Shown here piece after piece: positions 35,539 to 50,700 of a DNA stretch of 64,000 nt. The translations under genes and the position numbers were made by a program. The notes below the pieces were generated by a model. The model worked only from the letters and a program-made list of their open reading frames with translations, made no database searches and was not told the DNA's origin. Origin of the DNA: Eledone cirrhosa (Eukaryota); the NCBI GenBank assembly GCA_964016885.1, contig OZ024740.1:11656001-11720000 (forward strand). Reading direction: 5' to 3'. Each line of letters begins with the position of its first letter. The stretch's first letter is position 1.

Positions 35539-35711
35539 TTGTTTACTAAAATTTTCACAATTAGCAAAAATAAACCTGCTTTTCTTTGACTATATATTTG
35601 TGTTTTTTTATGTACATGTGAATGTCTATCTCTCTCTCTCTCTCTCTCACTCCTCTCTCTCTGTATTTATATTTTAGTGTATATAAATGAGCATGTGATA
35701 TAGATGTTATC

Positions 35712-38700
35712 TTGTGATAATGTCTATAGTAGTCAACACACTATTGTGATAATGTCTATAGTAGTCAACAACACTATTGTGATAATGTCTATAGCAGTCA
35801 ACAACACTATTGTGATAATGTCTATAGTAGTTAACAACAGTATTGTGATAATGTCTATAGAAGTCAACAACACTATTGTGATAATGTCTATAGTAGTCAA
35901 CAACAGTATTGTGATAATGTCTATAGTAGTCAACAACACTATTGTGATAATGTCTATAGTAGTCAACAACACTATTGTGATAATGTCTATAGTAGTCAAC
36001 AACAGTATTGTGATAATGTCTATAGTAGTCAACACACTATTGTGATACTGTCTATAATAGTCAACACACTATTGTGATAATGTATATAGTAAACAAAACT
36101 ATTGTGATAATGTCTATAGTAGTCAACAACAGTATTGTGATAATGTCTATAGTAGTCAACACATTACAGTGATAATGTCTATAGTAGTCAACAACAGTAT
36201 TGTGATAATGTCTATAGTAGTCAACACACTATTGTGATAATGTATATAGTAGTCAACAATACTATTGTGATAATGTCTATAGTAGTCAACAACAGTATTG
36301 TGATAATGTCTATAGTAGTCAACACACTATTGTGATACTGTCTATAGTAGTCAACACACTATTGTGATAATGTATATAGTAGTCAACAACAGTATTGTGA
36401 TAATGTCTATAGTAGTCAACAACACTATTGTGATAATGTCTATAGTAGTCAACACATTATTGTGATAATGTCTATAGTAGTCAACACACTATTGTGATAA
36501 TGTCTATAGTAGTCAACAACACTATTGTGAGAATGTCTATAGCAGTCAACACATTATTGTGATACTGTCTATAGTAGTCAACAACACTATTGTGATAATG
36601 TCTATAGTAGTCAACAACACTATTGTGATAATGTCTATAGTAGTCAACACATTATTGTGATAATGTCTATAGTAGTCAACAACAGTATTGTGATAATGTC
36701 TATGGTAGTCAACACACTATTGTGATACTGTCTATAGTAGTCAACACACTATTGTGATACTGTCTATAGTAGTCAACACACTATTGTGATAATGTATATA
36801 GTAGTCAACAACAGTATTGTGATAATGTCTATAGTAGTCAACAACACTATTGTGATAATGTCTATAGTAGTCAACACATTATTGTGATAATGTCTATAGT
36901 AGTCAACACACTATTGTGATAATGTCTATAGTAGTCAACAACAGTATTGTGATAATGTCTATGGTAGTCAACACACTATTGTGATAATGTCTATAGTAGT
37001 CAACACACTATTGTGATACTGTCTATAGTAGTCAACACACTATTGTGATAATGTATATAGTAGTCAACAACAGTATTGTGATAATGTCTATAGTAGTCAA
37101 CAACACTATTGTGATAATGTCTATAGTAGTCAACACATTATTGTGATAATGTCTATAGTAGTCAACACACTATTGTGATAATGTCTATAGTAGTCAACAA
37201 CACTATTGTGAGAATGTCTATAGCAGTCAACACATTATTGTGATACTGTCTATAGTAGTCAACAACACTATTGTGATAATGTCTATAGTAGTCAACAACA
37301 CTATTGTGATAATGTCTATAGTAGTCAACACATTATTGTGATAATGTCTATAGTAGTCAACAACAGTATTGTGATAATGTCTATGGTAGTCAACACACTA
37401 TTGTGATAATGTCTATAGTAGTCAACACACTATTGTGATAATGTCTATAGTAGTCAACAACACTATTGTGATAATGTCTATAGTAGTCAACAACACTATT
37501 GTGATGATGTCTATAGTAGTCAACAACACTATTGTGATAATGTCTATAGTAGTCAACAACACTATTGTGATAATGTCTATAGTAGTCAACAACACTATTG
37601 TGATAATGTCTATAGTAGTCAACACATTATTGTGATAATGTCTATAGTAGTCAACAACACTATTGTGATAATGTCTATAGTAGTCAACACATTATTGTGA
37701 TAATGTCTATAGTAGTCAACAACACTATTGTGATAATGTCTATAGTAGTCAACAACATTATTGTCATAATGTCTATAGTAGTCAACACATTATTGTGATA
37801 ATGTCTATAGTAGTCAACAACACTATTGTGATAATGTCTATAGTAGTCAACAACAGTATTGTGATAATGTCTATAGTAGTCAATAACACTATCGTGATAA
37901 TGTCTATAGTAGTCAACACATTATTGTGATTATGTCTATAGTAGTCAACAACAGTATTGTGATAATGTCTATAGTAGTCAACAACACTATTCTGATAACG
38001 CCTATAGTAGTCAACAACACTATTGTGATGATGTCTATAGTAGTCAACACATTATTGTGATAATGTCTATAGTAGTCAACAACAGTATTGTGATAATGTC
38101 TATAGTAGTCAACAACACTATTGTGATAATGTCTATAATAGTCAACACATTATTGTGATAATGTCTATAGTAGTCAACACACTATTGTGATAATGTCTAT
38201 AGTAGTCAACAACACTATTGTGATAATGTCTATAGCAGTCAACACATTATTGTGATACTGTCTATAGTAGTCAACAACACTATTGTGATAATGTCTATAG
38301 TAGTCAACAACACTATTGTGATAATGTCTATAGTAGTCAACAACAGTATTGTGATAATGTCTATAGTAGTCAATAACACTATCGTGATAATGTCTATAGT
38401 AGTCAGCACATTATTGTGATAATGTCTATAGTAGTCAACAACAGTATTGTGATAATGTCTATAGTAGTCAACAACACTATTGTGATAATGTCTATAGTAG
38501 TCAACACATTATTGTGATAATGTCTATAGTAGTCAACAACAGTATTGTGATAATGTCTATGGTAGTCAACACACTATTGTGATAATGTCTATAGTAGTCA
38601 ACACACTATTGTGATAATGTCTATAGTAGTCAACAACACTATTGTGATAATGTCTATAGTAGTCAACAACACTATTGTGATGATGTCTATAGTAGTCAAC

Positions 38701-41700
38701 AACACTATTGTGATAATGTCTATAGTAGTCAACAACACTATTGTGATAATGTCTATAGTAGTCAACAACACTATTGTGATAATGTCTATAGTAGTCAACA
38801 CATTATTGTGATAATGTCTATAGTAGTCAACAACACTATTGTGATAATGTCTATAGTAGTCAACACATTATTGTGATAATGTCTATAGTAGTCAACAACA
38901 CTATTGTGATAATGTCTATAGTAGTCAACAACATTATTGTCATAATGTCTATAGTAGTCAACACATTATTGTGATAATGTCTATAGTAGTCAACAACACT
39001 ATTGTGATAATGTCTATAGTAGTCAACAACAGTATTGTGATAATGTCTATAGTAGTCAACAACACTATCGTGATAATGTCTATAGTAGTCAACACATTAT
39101 TGTGATAATGTCTATAGTAGTCAACAACAGTATTGTGATAATGTCTATAGTAGTCAACACACTATTGTGATACTGTCTATAGTAGTCAACACACTATTGT
39201 GATAATGTATATAGTAGTCAACAACAGTATTGTGATAATGTCTATAGTAGTCAACAACACTATCGTGATAATGTCTATAGTAGTCAACACATTATTGTGA
39301 TAATGTCTATAGTAGTCAACAACACTATTGTGAGAATGTCTATAGCAGTCAACACATTATTGTGATACTGTCTATAGTAGTCAACAACACTATTGTGATA
39401 ATGTCTATAGTAGTCAACAACACTATTGTGATAATGTCTATAGTAGTCAACACATTATTGTGATAATGTCTATAGTAGTCAACAACAGTATTGTGATAAT
39501 GTCTATGGTAGTCAACACACTATTGTGATAATGTCTATAGTAGTCAACACACTATTGTGATAATGTCTATAGTAGTCAACAACACTATTGTGATAATGTC
39601 TATAGTAGTCAACAACACTATTGTGATGATGTCTATAGTAGTCAACAACACTATCGTGATAATGTCTATAGTAGTCAACACATTATTGTGATAATGTCTA
39701 TAGTAGTCAACACATTATTGTGATAATGTCTATAGTAGTCAACAACACTATTGTGATAATGTCTATAGTAGTCAACACATTATTGTGATAATGGCTATAG
39801 TAGTCAACAACACTATTGTGATAATGTCTATAGTAGTCAACAACATTATTCTCATAATGTCTATAGTAGTCAACACATTATTGTGATAATGTCTATAGTA
39901 GTCAACAACACTATTGTGATAATGTCTATAGTAGTCAACACACTATTGTGATAATGTCTATAGTAGTCAACAACACTATTGTGATAATGTCTATAGCAGT
40001 CAACACATTATTGTGATACTGTCTATAGTAGTCAACAACACTATTGTGATAATGTCTATAGTAGTCAACAACACTATTGTGATAATGTCTATAGTAGTCA
40101 ACACATTATTGTGATAATGTCTATAGTAGTCAACAACAGTATTGTGATAATGTCTATAGTAGTCAACAACATTATTGTCATAATGTCTATAGTAGTCAAC
40201 ACATTATTGTGATAATGTCTATAGTAGTCAACAACACTATTGTGATAATGTCTATAGTAGTCAACAACAGTATTGTGATAATGTCTATAGTAGTCAACAA
40301 CACTATCGTGATAATGTCTATAGTAGTCAACAACACTATTGTGATAATGTCTATAGTAGTCAACAACAGTATTGTGATAATGTCTATAGTAGTCAACACA
40401 CTATTGTGATACTGTCTATAATAGTCAACACACTATTGTGATAATGTATATAGTAGTCAACAATACTATTGTGATAATGTCTATAGTAGTCAACAACAGT
40501 ATTGTGATAATGTCTATAGTAGTCAACACACTATTGTGATACTGTCTATAGTAGTCAACACACTATTGTGATAATGTATATAGTAGTCAACAACAGTATT
40601 GTGATAATGTCTATAGTAGTCAACAACACTATTGTGATAATATCTATAGTAGTCAACACATTATTGTGATAATGTCTATAGTAGTCAACACACTATTGTG
40701 ATAATGTCTATAGTAGTCAACAACACTATTGTGAGAATGTCTATAGCAGTCAACACATTATTGTGATACTGTCTATAGTAGTCAACAACACTATTGTGAT
40801 AATGTCTATAGTAGTCAACAACACTATTGTGATAATGTCTATAGTAGTCAACACATTATTTTGATAATGTCTATAGTAGTCAACAACAGTATTGTGATAA
40901 TGTCTATGGTAGTCAACACACTATTGTGATAATGTCTATAGTAGTCAACACACTATTGTGATAATGTCTATAGTAGTCAACAACACTATTGTGATAATGT
41001 CTATAGTAGTCAACAACACTATTGTGATGATGTCTATAGTAGTCAACAACACTATTGTGATAATGTCTATAGTAGTCAACAACACTATTGTGATAATGTC
41101 TATAGTAGTCAACAACACTATTGTGATAATGTCTATAGTAGTCAACACATTATTGTGATAATGTCTATAGTAGTCAACAACACTATTGTGATAATGTCTA
41201 TAGTAGTCAACACATTATTGTGATAATGTCTATAGTAGTCAACAACACTATTGTGATAATGTCTATAGTAGTCAACAACATTATTGTCATAATGTCTATA
41301 GTAGTCAACAACACTATCGTGATAATGTCTATAGTAGTCAACACATTATTGTGATAATGTCTATAGTAGTCAACAACAGTATTGTGATAATGTCTATAGT
41401 AGTCAACAACACTATTCTGATAACGCCTATAGTAGTCAACAACACTATTGTGATAATGTCTATAGTAGTCAACACATTATTGTGATAATGTCTATAGTAG
41501 TTTAACAACAGTATTGTGATAATGTCTATAGTAGTCAACAACACTATTGTGATAATGTCTATAATAGTCAACACATTATTGTGATAATGTCTATAGTAGT
41601 CAACACACTATTGTGATAATGTCTATAGTAGTCAACAACACTATTGTGATAATGTCTATAGCAGTCAACACATTATTGTGATACTGTCTATAGTAGTCAA

Positions 41701-44700
41701 CAATACTATTGTGATAATGTCTATAGTAGTCAACAACAGTATTGTGATAATGTCTATAGTAGTCAACACATTATTGTGATAATGTCTATAGTAGTCAACA
41801 ACATTATTGTGATAATGTCTATAGTAGTCAACACATTATTGTGATAATGTCTATAGTAGTCAACAACACTATTGTGATAATGTCTATAGTAGTCAACAAC
41901 ATTATTGTCATAATGTCTATAGTAGTCAACACATTATTGTGATAATGTCTATAGTAGTCAACAACACTATTGTGATAATGTCTATAGTAGTCAACAACAG
42001 TATTGTGATAATGTCTATAGTAGTCAACAACACTATCGTGATAATGTCTATATTTGTCAACACATTATTGTGATAATGTCTATAGTAGTCAACAACAGTA
42101 TTGGGATAATGTCTATAGTAGTCAACAACACTATTCTGATAACGCCTATAGTAGTCAACAACACTATTGTGATAATGTCTATAGTAGTCAACACATTATT
42201 GTGATAATGTCTATAGTAGTCAACAACACTATTGTGATAATGTCTATAGTAGTCAACAACATTATTGTCATAATGTCTATAGTAGTCAACACATTATTGT
42301 GATAATGTCTATAGTAGTCAACAACACTATTGTGATAATGTCTATAGTAGTCAACAACACTATTGTGATAATGTCTATAATAGTCAACAACACTATCGTG
42401 ATAATGTCTATAGTAGTCAACACATTATTGTGATAATGTCTATAGTAGTCAACAACAGTATTGTGATAATGTCTATAGTAGTCAACACACTATTGTGATA
42501 CTGTCTATAGTAGTCAACACACTATTGTGATAATGTATATAGTAGTCAACAACAGTATTGTGATAATGTCTATAGTAGTCAACAACACTATTGTGATAAT
42601 GTCTATAGTAGTCAACAACACTATTGTGATAATGTCTATAGTAGTCAACACATTATTGTGATAATGTCTATAGTAGTCAACAACACTATTGTGATAATGT
42701 CTATAGTAGTCAACACATTATTGTGATAATGTCTATAGTAGTCAACAACACTATTGTGATAATGTCTATAGTAGTCAACAACATTATTGTCATAATGTCT
42801 ATAGTAGTCAACAACACTATCGTGATAATGTCTATAGTAGTCAACACATTATTGTGATAATGTCTATAGTAGTCAACAACAGTATTGTGATAATGTCTAT
42901 AGTAGTCAACAACACTATTCTGATAACGCCTATAGTAGTCAACAACACTATTGTGATAATGTCTATAGTAGTCAACACATTATTGTGATAATGTCTATAG
43001 TAGTCAACAACAGTATTGTGATAATGTCTATAGTAGTCAACAACACTATTGTGATAATGTCTATAATAGTCAACACATTATTGTGATAATGTCTATAGTA
43101 GTCAACACACTATTGTGATAATGTCTATAGTAGTCAACAACACTATTGTGATAATGTCTATAGCAGTCAACACATTATTGTGATACTGTCTATAGTAGTC
43201 AACAATACTATTGTGATAATGTCTATAGTAGTCAACAACAGTATTGTGATAATGTCTATAGTAGTCAACACATTATTGTGATAATGTCTATAGTAGTCAA
43301 CAACATTATTGTGATAATGTCTATAGTAGTCAACACATTATTGTGATAATGTCTATAGTAGTCAACAACACTATTGTGATAATGTCTATAGTAGTCAACA
43401 ACATTATTGTCATAATGTCTATAGTAGTCAACACATTATTGTGATAATGTCTATAGTAGTCAACAACACTATTGTGATAATGTCTATAGTAGTCAACAAC
43501 ACTATTCTGATAACGCCTATAGTAGTCAACAACACTATTGTGATAATGTCTATAGTAGTCAACAACATTATTGTCATAATGTCTATAGTAGTCAACACAT
43601 TATTGTGATAATGTCTATAGTAGTCAACAACACTATTGTGATAATGTCTATAGTAGTCAACAACACTATTGTGATAATGTCTATAGTAGTCAACAACATT
43701 ATTGTCATAATGTCTATAGTAGTCAACACATTATTGTGATAATGTCTATAGTAGTCAACAACACTATTGTGATAATGTCTATAGTAGTCAACAACAGTAT
43801 TGTGATAATGTCTATAGTAGTCAACAACACTATCGTGATAATGTCTATAGTAGTCAACACATTATTGTGATAATGTCTATAGTAGTCAACAACAGTATTG
43901 TGATAATGTCTATAGTAGTCAACACACTATTGTGATACTGTCTATAGTAGTCAACACACTATTGTGATAATGTATATAGTAGTCAACAACAGTATTGTGA
44001 TAATGTCTATAGTAGTCAACAACACTATTGTGATAATGTCTATAGTAGTCAACACATTATTGTGATAATGTCTATAGTAGTCAACACACTATTGTGATAA
44101 TGTCTATAGTAGTCAACAACACTATTGTGAGAATGTCTATAGCAGTCAACACATTATTGTGATACTGTCTATAGTAGTCAACAACACTATTGTGATAATG
44201 TCTATAGTAGTCAACAACACTATTGTGATAATGTCTATAGTAGTCAACACATTATTGTGATAATGTCTATAGTAGTCAACAACAGTATTGTGATAATGTC
44301 TATGGTAGTCAACACACTATTGTGATAATGTCTATAGTAGTCAACACACTATTGTGATAATGTCTATAGTAGTCAACAACACTATTGTGATAATGTCTAT
44401 AGTAGTCAACAACACTATTGTGATGATGTCTATAGTAGTCAACAACACTATCGTGATAATGTCTATAGTAGTCAACACATTATTGTGATAATGTCTATAG
44501 TAGTCAACACATTATTGTGATAATGTCTATAGTAGTCAACAACACTATTGTGATAATGTCTATAGTAGTCAACACATTATTGTGATAATGGCTATAGTAG
44601 TCAACAACACTATTGTGATAATGTCTATAGTAGTCAACAACATTATTGTCATAATGTCTATAGTAGTCAACACATTATTGTGATAATGTCTATAGTAGTC

Positions 44701-47700
44701 AACAACACTATTGTGATAATGTCTATAGTAGTCAACACACTATTGTGATAATGTCTATAGTAGTCAACAACACTATTGTGATAATGTCTATAGCAGTCAA
44801 CACATTATTGTGATACTGTCTATAGTAGTCAACAACACTATTGTGATAATGTCTATAGTAGTCAACAACACTATTGTGATAATGTCTATAGTAGTCAACA
44901 CATTATTGTGATAATGTCTATAGTAGTCAACAACAGTATTGTGATAATGTCTATAGTAGTCAACAACATTATTGTCATAATGTCTATAGTAGTCAACACA
45001 TTATTGTGATAATGTCTATAGTAGTCAACAACACTATTGTGATAATGTCTATAGTAGTCAACAACAGTATTGTGATAATGTCTATAGTAGTCAACAACAC
45101 TATTGTGATAATGTCTATAGTAGTCAACAACAGTATTGTGATAATGTCTATAGTAGTCAACACACTATTGTGATACTGTCTATAATAGTCAACACACTAT
45201 TGTGATAATGTATATAGTAAACAAAACTATTGTGATAATGTCTATAGTAGTCAACAACAGTATTGTGATAATGTCTATAGTAGTCAACACATTACAGTGA
45301 TAATGTCTATAGTAGTCAACAACAGTATTGTGATAATGTCTATAGTAGTCAACACACTATTGTGATAATGTATATAGTAGTCAACAATACTATTGTGATA
45401 ATGTCTATAGTAGTCAACAACAGTATTGTGATAATGTCTATAGTAGTCAACACACTATTGTGATACTGTCTATAGTAGTCAACACACTATTGTGATAATG
45501 TATATAGTAGTCAACAACAGTATTGTGATAATGTCTATAGTAGTCAACAACACTATTGTGATAATATCTATAGTAGTCAACACATTATTGTGATAATGTC
45601 TATAGTAGTCAACACACTATTGTGATAATGTCTATAGTAGTCAACAACACTATTGTGAGAATGTCTATAGCAGTCAACACATTATTGTGATACTGTCTAT
45701 AGTAGTCAACAACACTATTGTGATAATGTCTATAGTAGTCAACAACACTATTGTGATAATGTCTATAGTAGTCAACACATTATTGTGATAATGTCTATAG
45801 TAGTCAACAACAGTATTGTGATGATGTCTATGGTAGTCAACACACTATTGTGATAATGTCTATAGTAGTCAACACACTATTGTGATAATGTCTATAGTAG
45901 TCAACAACACTATTGTGATAATGTCTATAGTAGTCAACAACACTATTGTGATGATGTCTATAGTAGTCAACAACACTATTGTGATAATGTCTATAGTAGT
46001 CAACAACACTATTGTGATAATGTCTATAGTAGTCAACAACACTATTGTGATAATGTCTACAGTAGTCAACACATTATTGTGATAATGTCTATAGTAGTCA
46101 ACAACACTATTGTGATAATGTCTATAGTAGTCAACACATTATTGTGATAATGTCTATAGTAGTCAACAACACTATTGTGATAATGTCTATAGTAGTCAAC
46201 AACATTATTGTCATAATGTCTATAGTAGTCAACAACACTATCGTGATAATGTCTATAGTAGTCAACACATTATTGTGATAATGTCTATAGTAGTCAACAA
46301 CAGTATTGTGATAATGTCTATAGTAGTCAACAACACTATTCTGATAACGCCTATAGTAGTCAACAACACTATTGTGATAATGTCTATAGTAGTCAACACA
46401 TTATTGTGATAATGTCTATAGTAGTCAACAACAGTATTGTGATAATGTCAATAGTAGTCAACAACACTATTGTGATAATGTCTATAATAGTCAACACATT
46501 ATTGTGATAATGTCTATAGTAGTCAACACACTATTGTGATAATGTCTATAGTAGTCAACAACACTATTGTGATAATGTCTATAGCAGTCAACACATTATT
46601 GTGATACTGTCTATAGTAGTCAACAATACTATTGTGATAATGTCTATAGTAGTCAACAACAGTATTGTGATAATGTCTATAGTAGTCAACACATTATTGT
46701 GATAATGTCTATAGTAGTCAACAACATTATTGTGATAATGTCTATAGTAGTCAACACATTATTGTGATAATGTCTATAGTAGTCAACAACACTATTGTGA
46801 TAATGTCTATAGTAGTCAACAACATTATTGTCATAATGTCTATAGTAGTCAACACATTATTGTGATAATGTCTATAGTAGTCAACAACACTATTGTGATA
46901 ATGTCTATAGTAGTCAACAACAGTATTGTGATAATGTCTATAGTAGTCAACAACACTATCGTGATAATGTCTATATTTGTCAACACATTATTGTGATAAT
47001 GTCTATAGTAGTCAACAACAGTATTGTGATAATGTCTATAGTAGTCAACAACACTATTCTGATAACGCCTATAGTAGTCAACAACACTATTGTGATAATG
47101 TCTATAGTAGTCAACACATTATTGTGATAATGTCTATAGTAGTCAACAACAGTATTGTGATAATGTCTATAGTAGTCAACAACACTATTGTGATAATGTC
47201 TATAATAGTCAACACATTATTGTGATAATGTCTATAGTAGTCAACACACTATTGTGATAATGTCTATAGTAGTCAACAACACTATTGTGCTAATGTCTAT
47301 AGCAGTCAACACATTATTGTGATACTGTCTATAGTAGTCAACAACACTATTGTGATAATGTCTATAGTAGTCAACAACACTATTGTGATAATGTCTATAG
47401 TAGTCAACACATTATTGTGATAATGTCTATAGTAGTCAACAACAGTATTGTGATAATGTCTATAGTAGTCAACAACATTATTGTCATATTGTCTATAGTA
47501 GTCAACACATTATTGTGATAATGTCTATAGTAGTCAACAACACTATTGTGATAATGTCTATAGTAGTCAACAACAGTATTGTGATAATGTCTATAGTAGT
47601 CAACAACACTATCGTGATAATGTCTATAGTAGTCAACAACACTATTGTGATAATGTCTATAGTAGTCAACAACAGTATTGTGATAATGTCTATAGTAGTC

Positions 47701-50700
47701 AACACACTATTGTGATACTGTCTATAATAGTCAACACACTATTGTGATAATGTCTATAGTAGTCAACAATACTATTGTGATAATGTCTATAGTAGTCAAC
47801 AACAGTATTGTGATAATGTCTATAGTAGTCAACACACTATTGTGATACTGTCTATAGTAGTCAACACACTATTGTGATAATGTATATAGTAGTCAACAAC
47901 AGTATTGTGATAATGTCTATAGTAGTCAACAACACTATTGTGATAATGTCTATAGTAGTCAACACATTATTGTGATAATGTCTATAGTAGTCAACACACT
48001 ATTGTGATAATGTCTATAGTAGTCAACAGCACTATTGTGAGAATGTCTATAGCAGTCAACACATTATTGTGATACTGTCTATAGTAGTCAACAACACTAT
48101 TGTGATAATGTCTATAGTAGTCAACAACACTATTGTGATAATGTCTATAGTAGTCAACACATTATTGTGATAATGTCTATAGTAGTCAACAACAGTATTG
48201 TGATAATGTCTATGGTAGTCAACACACTATTGTGATAATATCTATAGTAGTCAACACACTATTGTGATAATGTCTATAGTAGTCAACAACACTATTGTGA
48301 TAATGTCTATAGTAGTCAACAACACTATTGTGATGATGTCTATAGTAGTCAACAACACTATCGTGATAATGTCTATAGTAGTCAACACATTATTGTGATA
48401 ATGTCTATAGTAGTCAACACATTATTGTGATACTGTCTATAGTAGTCAACAACACTATTGTGATAATGTCTATAGTAGTCAACACATTATTGTGATAATG
48501 GCTATAGTAGTCAACAACACTATTGAGATAATGTCTATAGTAGTCAACAACAGTATTGTGATAATGTCTATAGTAGTCAACACACTATTGTGATACTGTC
48601 TATAATAGTCAACACACTATTGTGATAATGTATATAGTAGTCAACAAAACTATTGTGATAATGTCTATAGTAGTCAACACATTATTGTGATAATGTCTAT
48701 AGTAGTCAACAACAGTATTGTGATAATGTCTATAGTAGTCAACATTATTGTCATAATGTCTATAGTAGTCAACACATTATTGTGATAATGTCTATAGTAG
48801 TCAACAACACTATTGTGATAATGTCTATAGTAGTCAACAACAGTATTGTGATAATGTCTATAGTAGTCAACAACACTATCGTGATAATGTCTGTAGTAGT
48901 CAACAACACTATTGTGATAATGTCTATAGTAGTCAACAACAGTATTGTGATAATGTCTATAGTAGTCAACAACACTATTGTGATAATGTCTATAGTAGTC
49001 AACACATTATTGTGATAATGTCTATAGTAGTCAACACACTATTGTGATAATGTCTATAGTAGTCAACAACACTATTGTGAGAATGTCTATAGCAGTCAAC
49101 ACATTATTGTGATACTGTCTATAGTAGTCAACAACACTATTGTGATAATGTCTATAGTAGTCAACAACACTATTGTGATAATGTCTATAGTAGTCAACAC
49201 ATTATTGTGATAATGTCTATAGTAGTCAACAACAGTATTGTGATAATGTCTATGGTAGTCAACACACTATTGTGATAATGTCTATAGTAGTCAACACACT
49301 ATTGTGATAATGTCTATAGTAGTCAACAACACTATTGTGATAATGTCTATAGTAGTCAACAACACTATTGTGATGATGTCTATAGTAGTCAACAACACTA
49401 TTGTGATAATGTCTATAGTAGTCAACAACACTATTGTGATAATGTCTATAGTAGTCAACAACACTATTGTGATGATGTCTATAGTAGTCAACAACACTAT
49501 CGTGATAATGTCTATAGTAGTCAACACATTATTGTGATAATGTCTATAGTAGTCAACACATTATTGTGATAATGTCTATAGTAGTCAACAACACTATTGT
49601 GATAATGTCTATAGTAGTCAACACATTATTGTGATAATGGCTATAGTAGTCAACAACACTATTGTGATAATGTCTATAGTAGTCAACAACATTATTGTCA
49701 TAATGTCTATAGTAGTCAACACATTATTGTGATAATGTCTATAGTAGTCAACAACACTATTGTGATAATGTCTATAGTAGTCAACACACTATTGTGATAA
49801 TGTCTATAGTAGTCAACAACACTATTGTGATAATGTCTATAGCAGTCAACACATTATTGTGATACTGTCTATAGTAGTCAACAACACTATTGTGATAATG
49901 TCTATAGTAGTCAACAACACTATTGTGATAATGTCTATAGTAGTCAACACATTATTGTGATAATGTCTATAGTAGTCAACAACAGTATTGTGATAATGTC
50001 TATAGTAGTCAACAACATTATTGTCATAATGTCTATAGTAGTCAACACATTATTGTGATAATGTCTATAGTAGTCAACAACACTATTGTGATAATGTCTA
50101 TAGTAGTCAACAACAGTATTGTGATAATGTCTATAGTAGTCAACAACACTATTGTGATAATGTCTATAGTAGTCAACAACAGTATTGTGATAATGTCTAT
50201 AGTAGTCAACACACTATTGTGATACTGTCTATAATAGTCAACACACTATTGTGATAATGTATATAGTAAACAAAACTATTGTGATAATGTCTATAGTAGT
50301 CAACAACAGTATTGTGATAATGTCTATAGTAGTCAACACATTACAGTGATAATGTCTATAGTAGTCAACAACAGTATTGTGATAATGTCTATAGTAGTCA
50401 ACACACTATTGTGATAATGTATATAGTAGTCAACAATACTATTGTGATAATGTCTATAGTAGTCAACAACAGTATTGTGATAATGTCTATAGTAGTCAAC
50501 ACACTATTGTGATACTGTCTATAGTAGTCAACACACTATTGTGATAATGTATATAGTAGTCAACAACAGTATTGTGATAATGTCTATAGTAGTCAACAAC
50601 ACTATTGTGATAATATCTATAGTAGTCAACACATTATTGTGATAATGTCTATAGTAGTCAACACACTATTGTGATAATGTCTATAGTAGTCAACAACACT

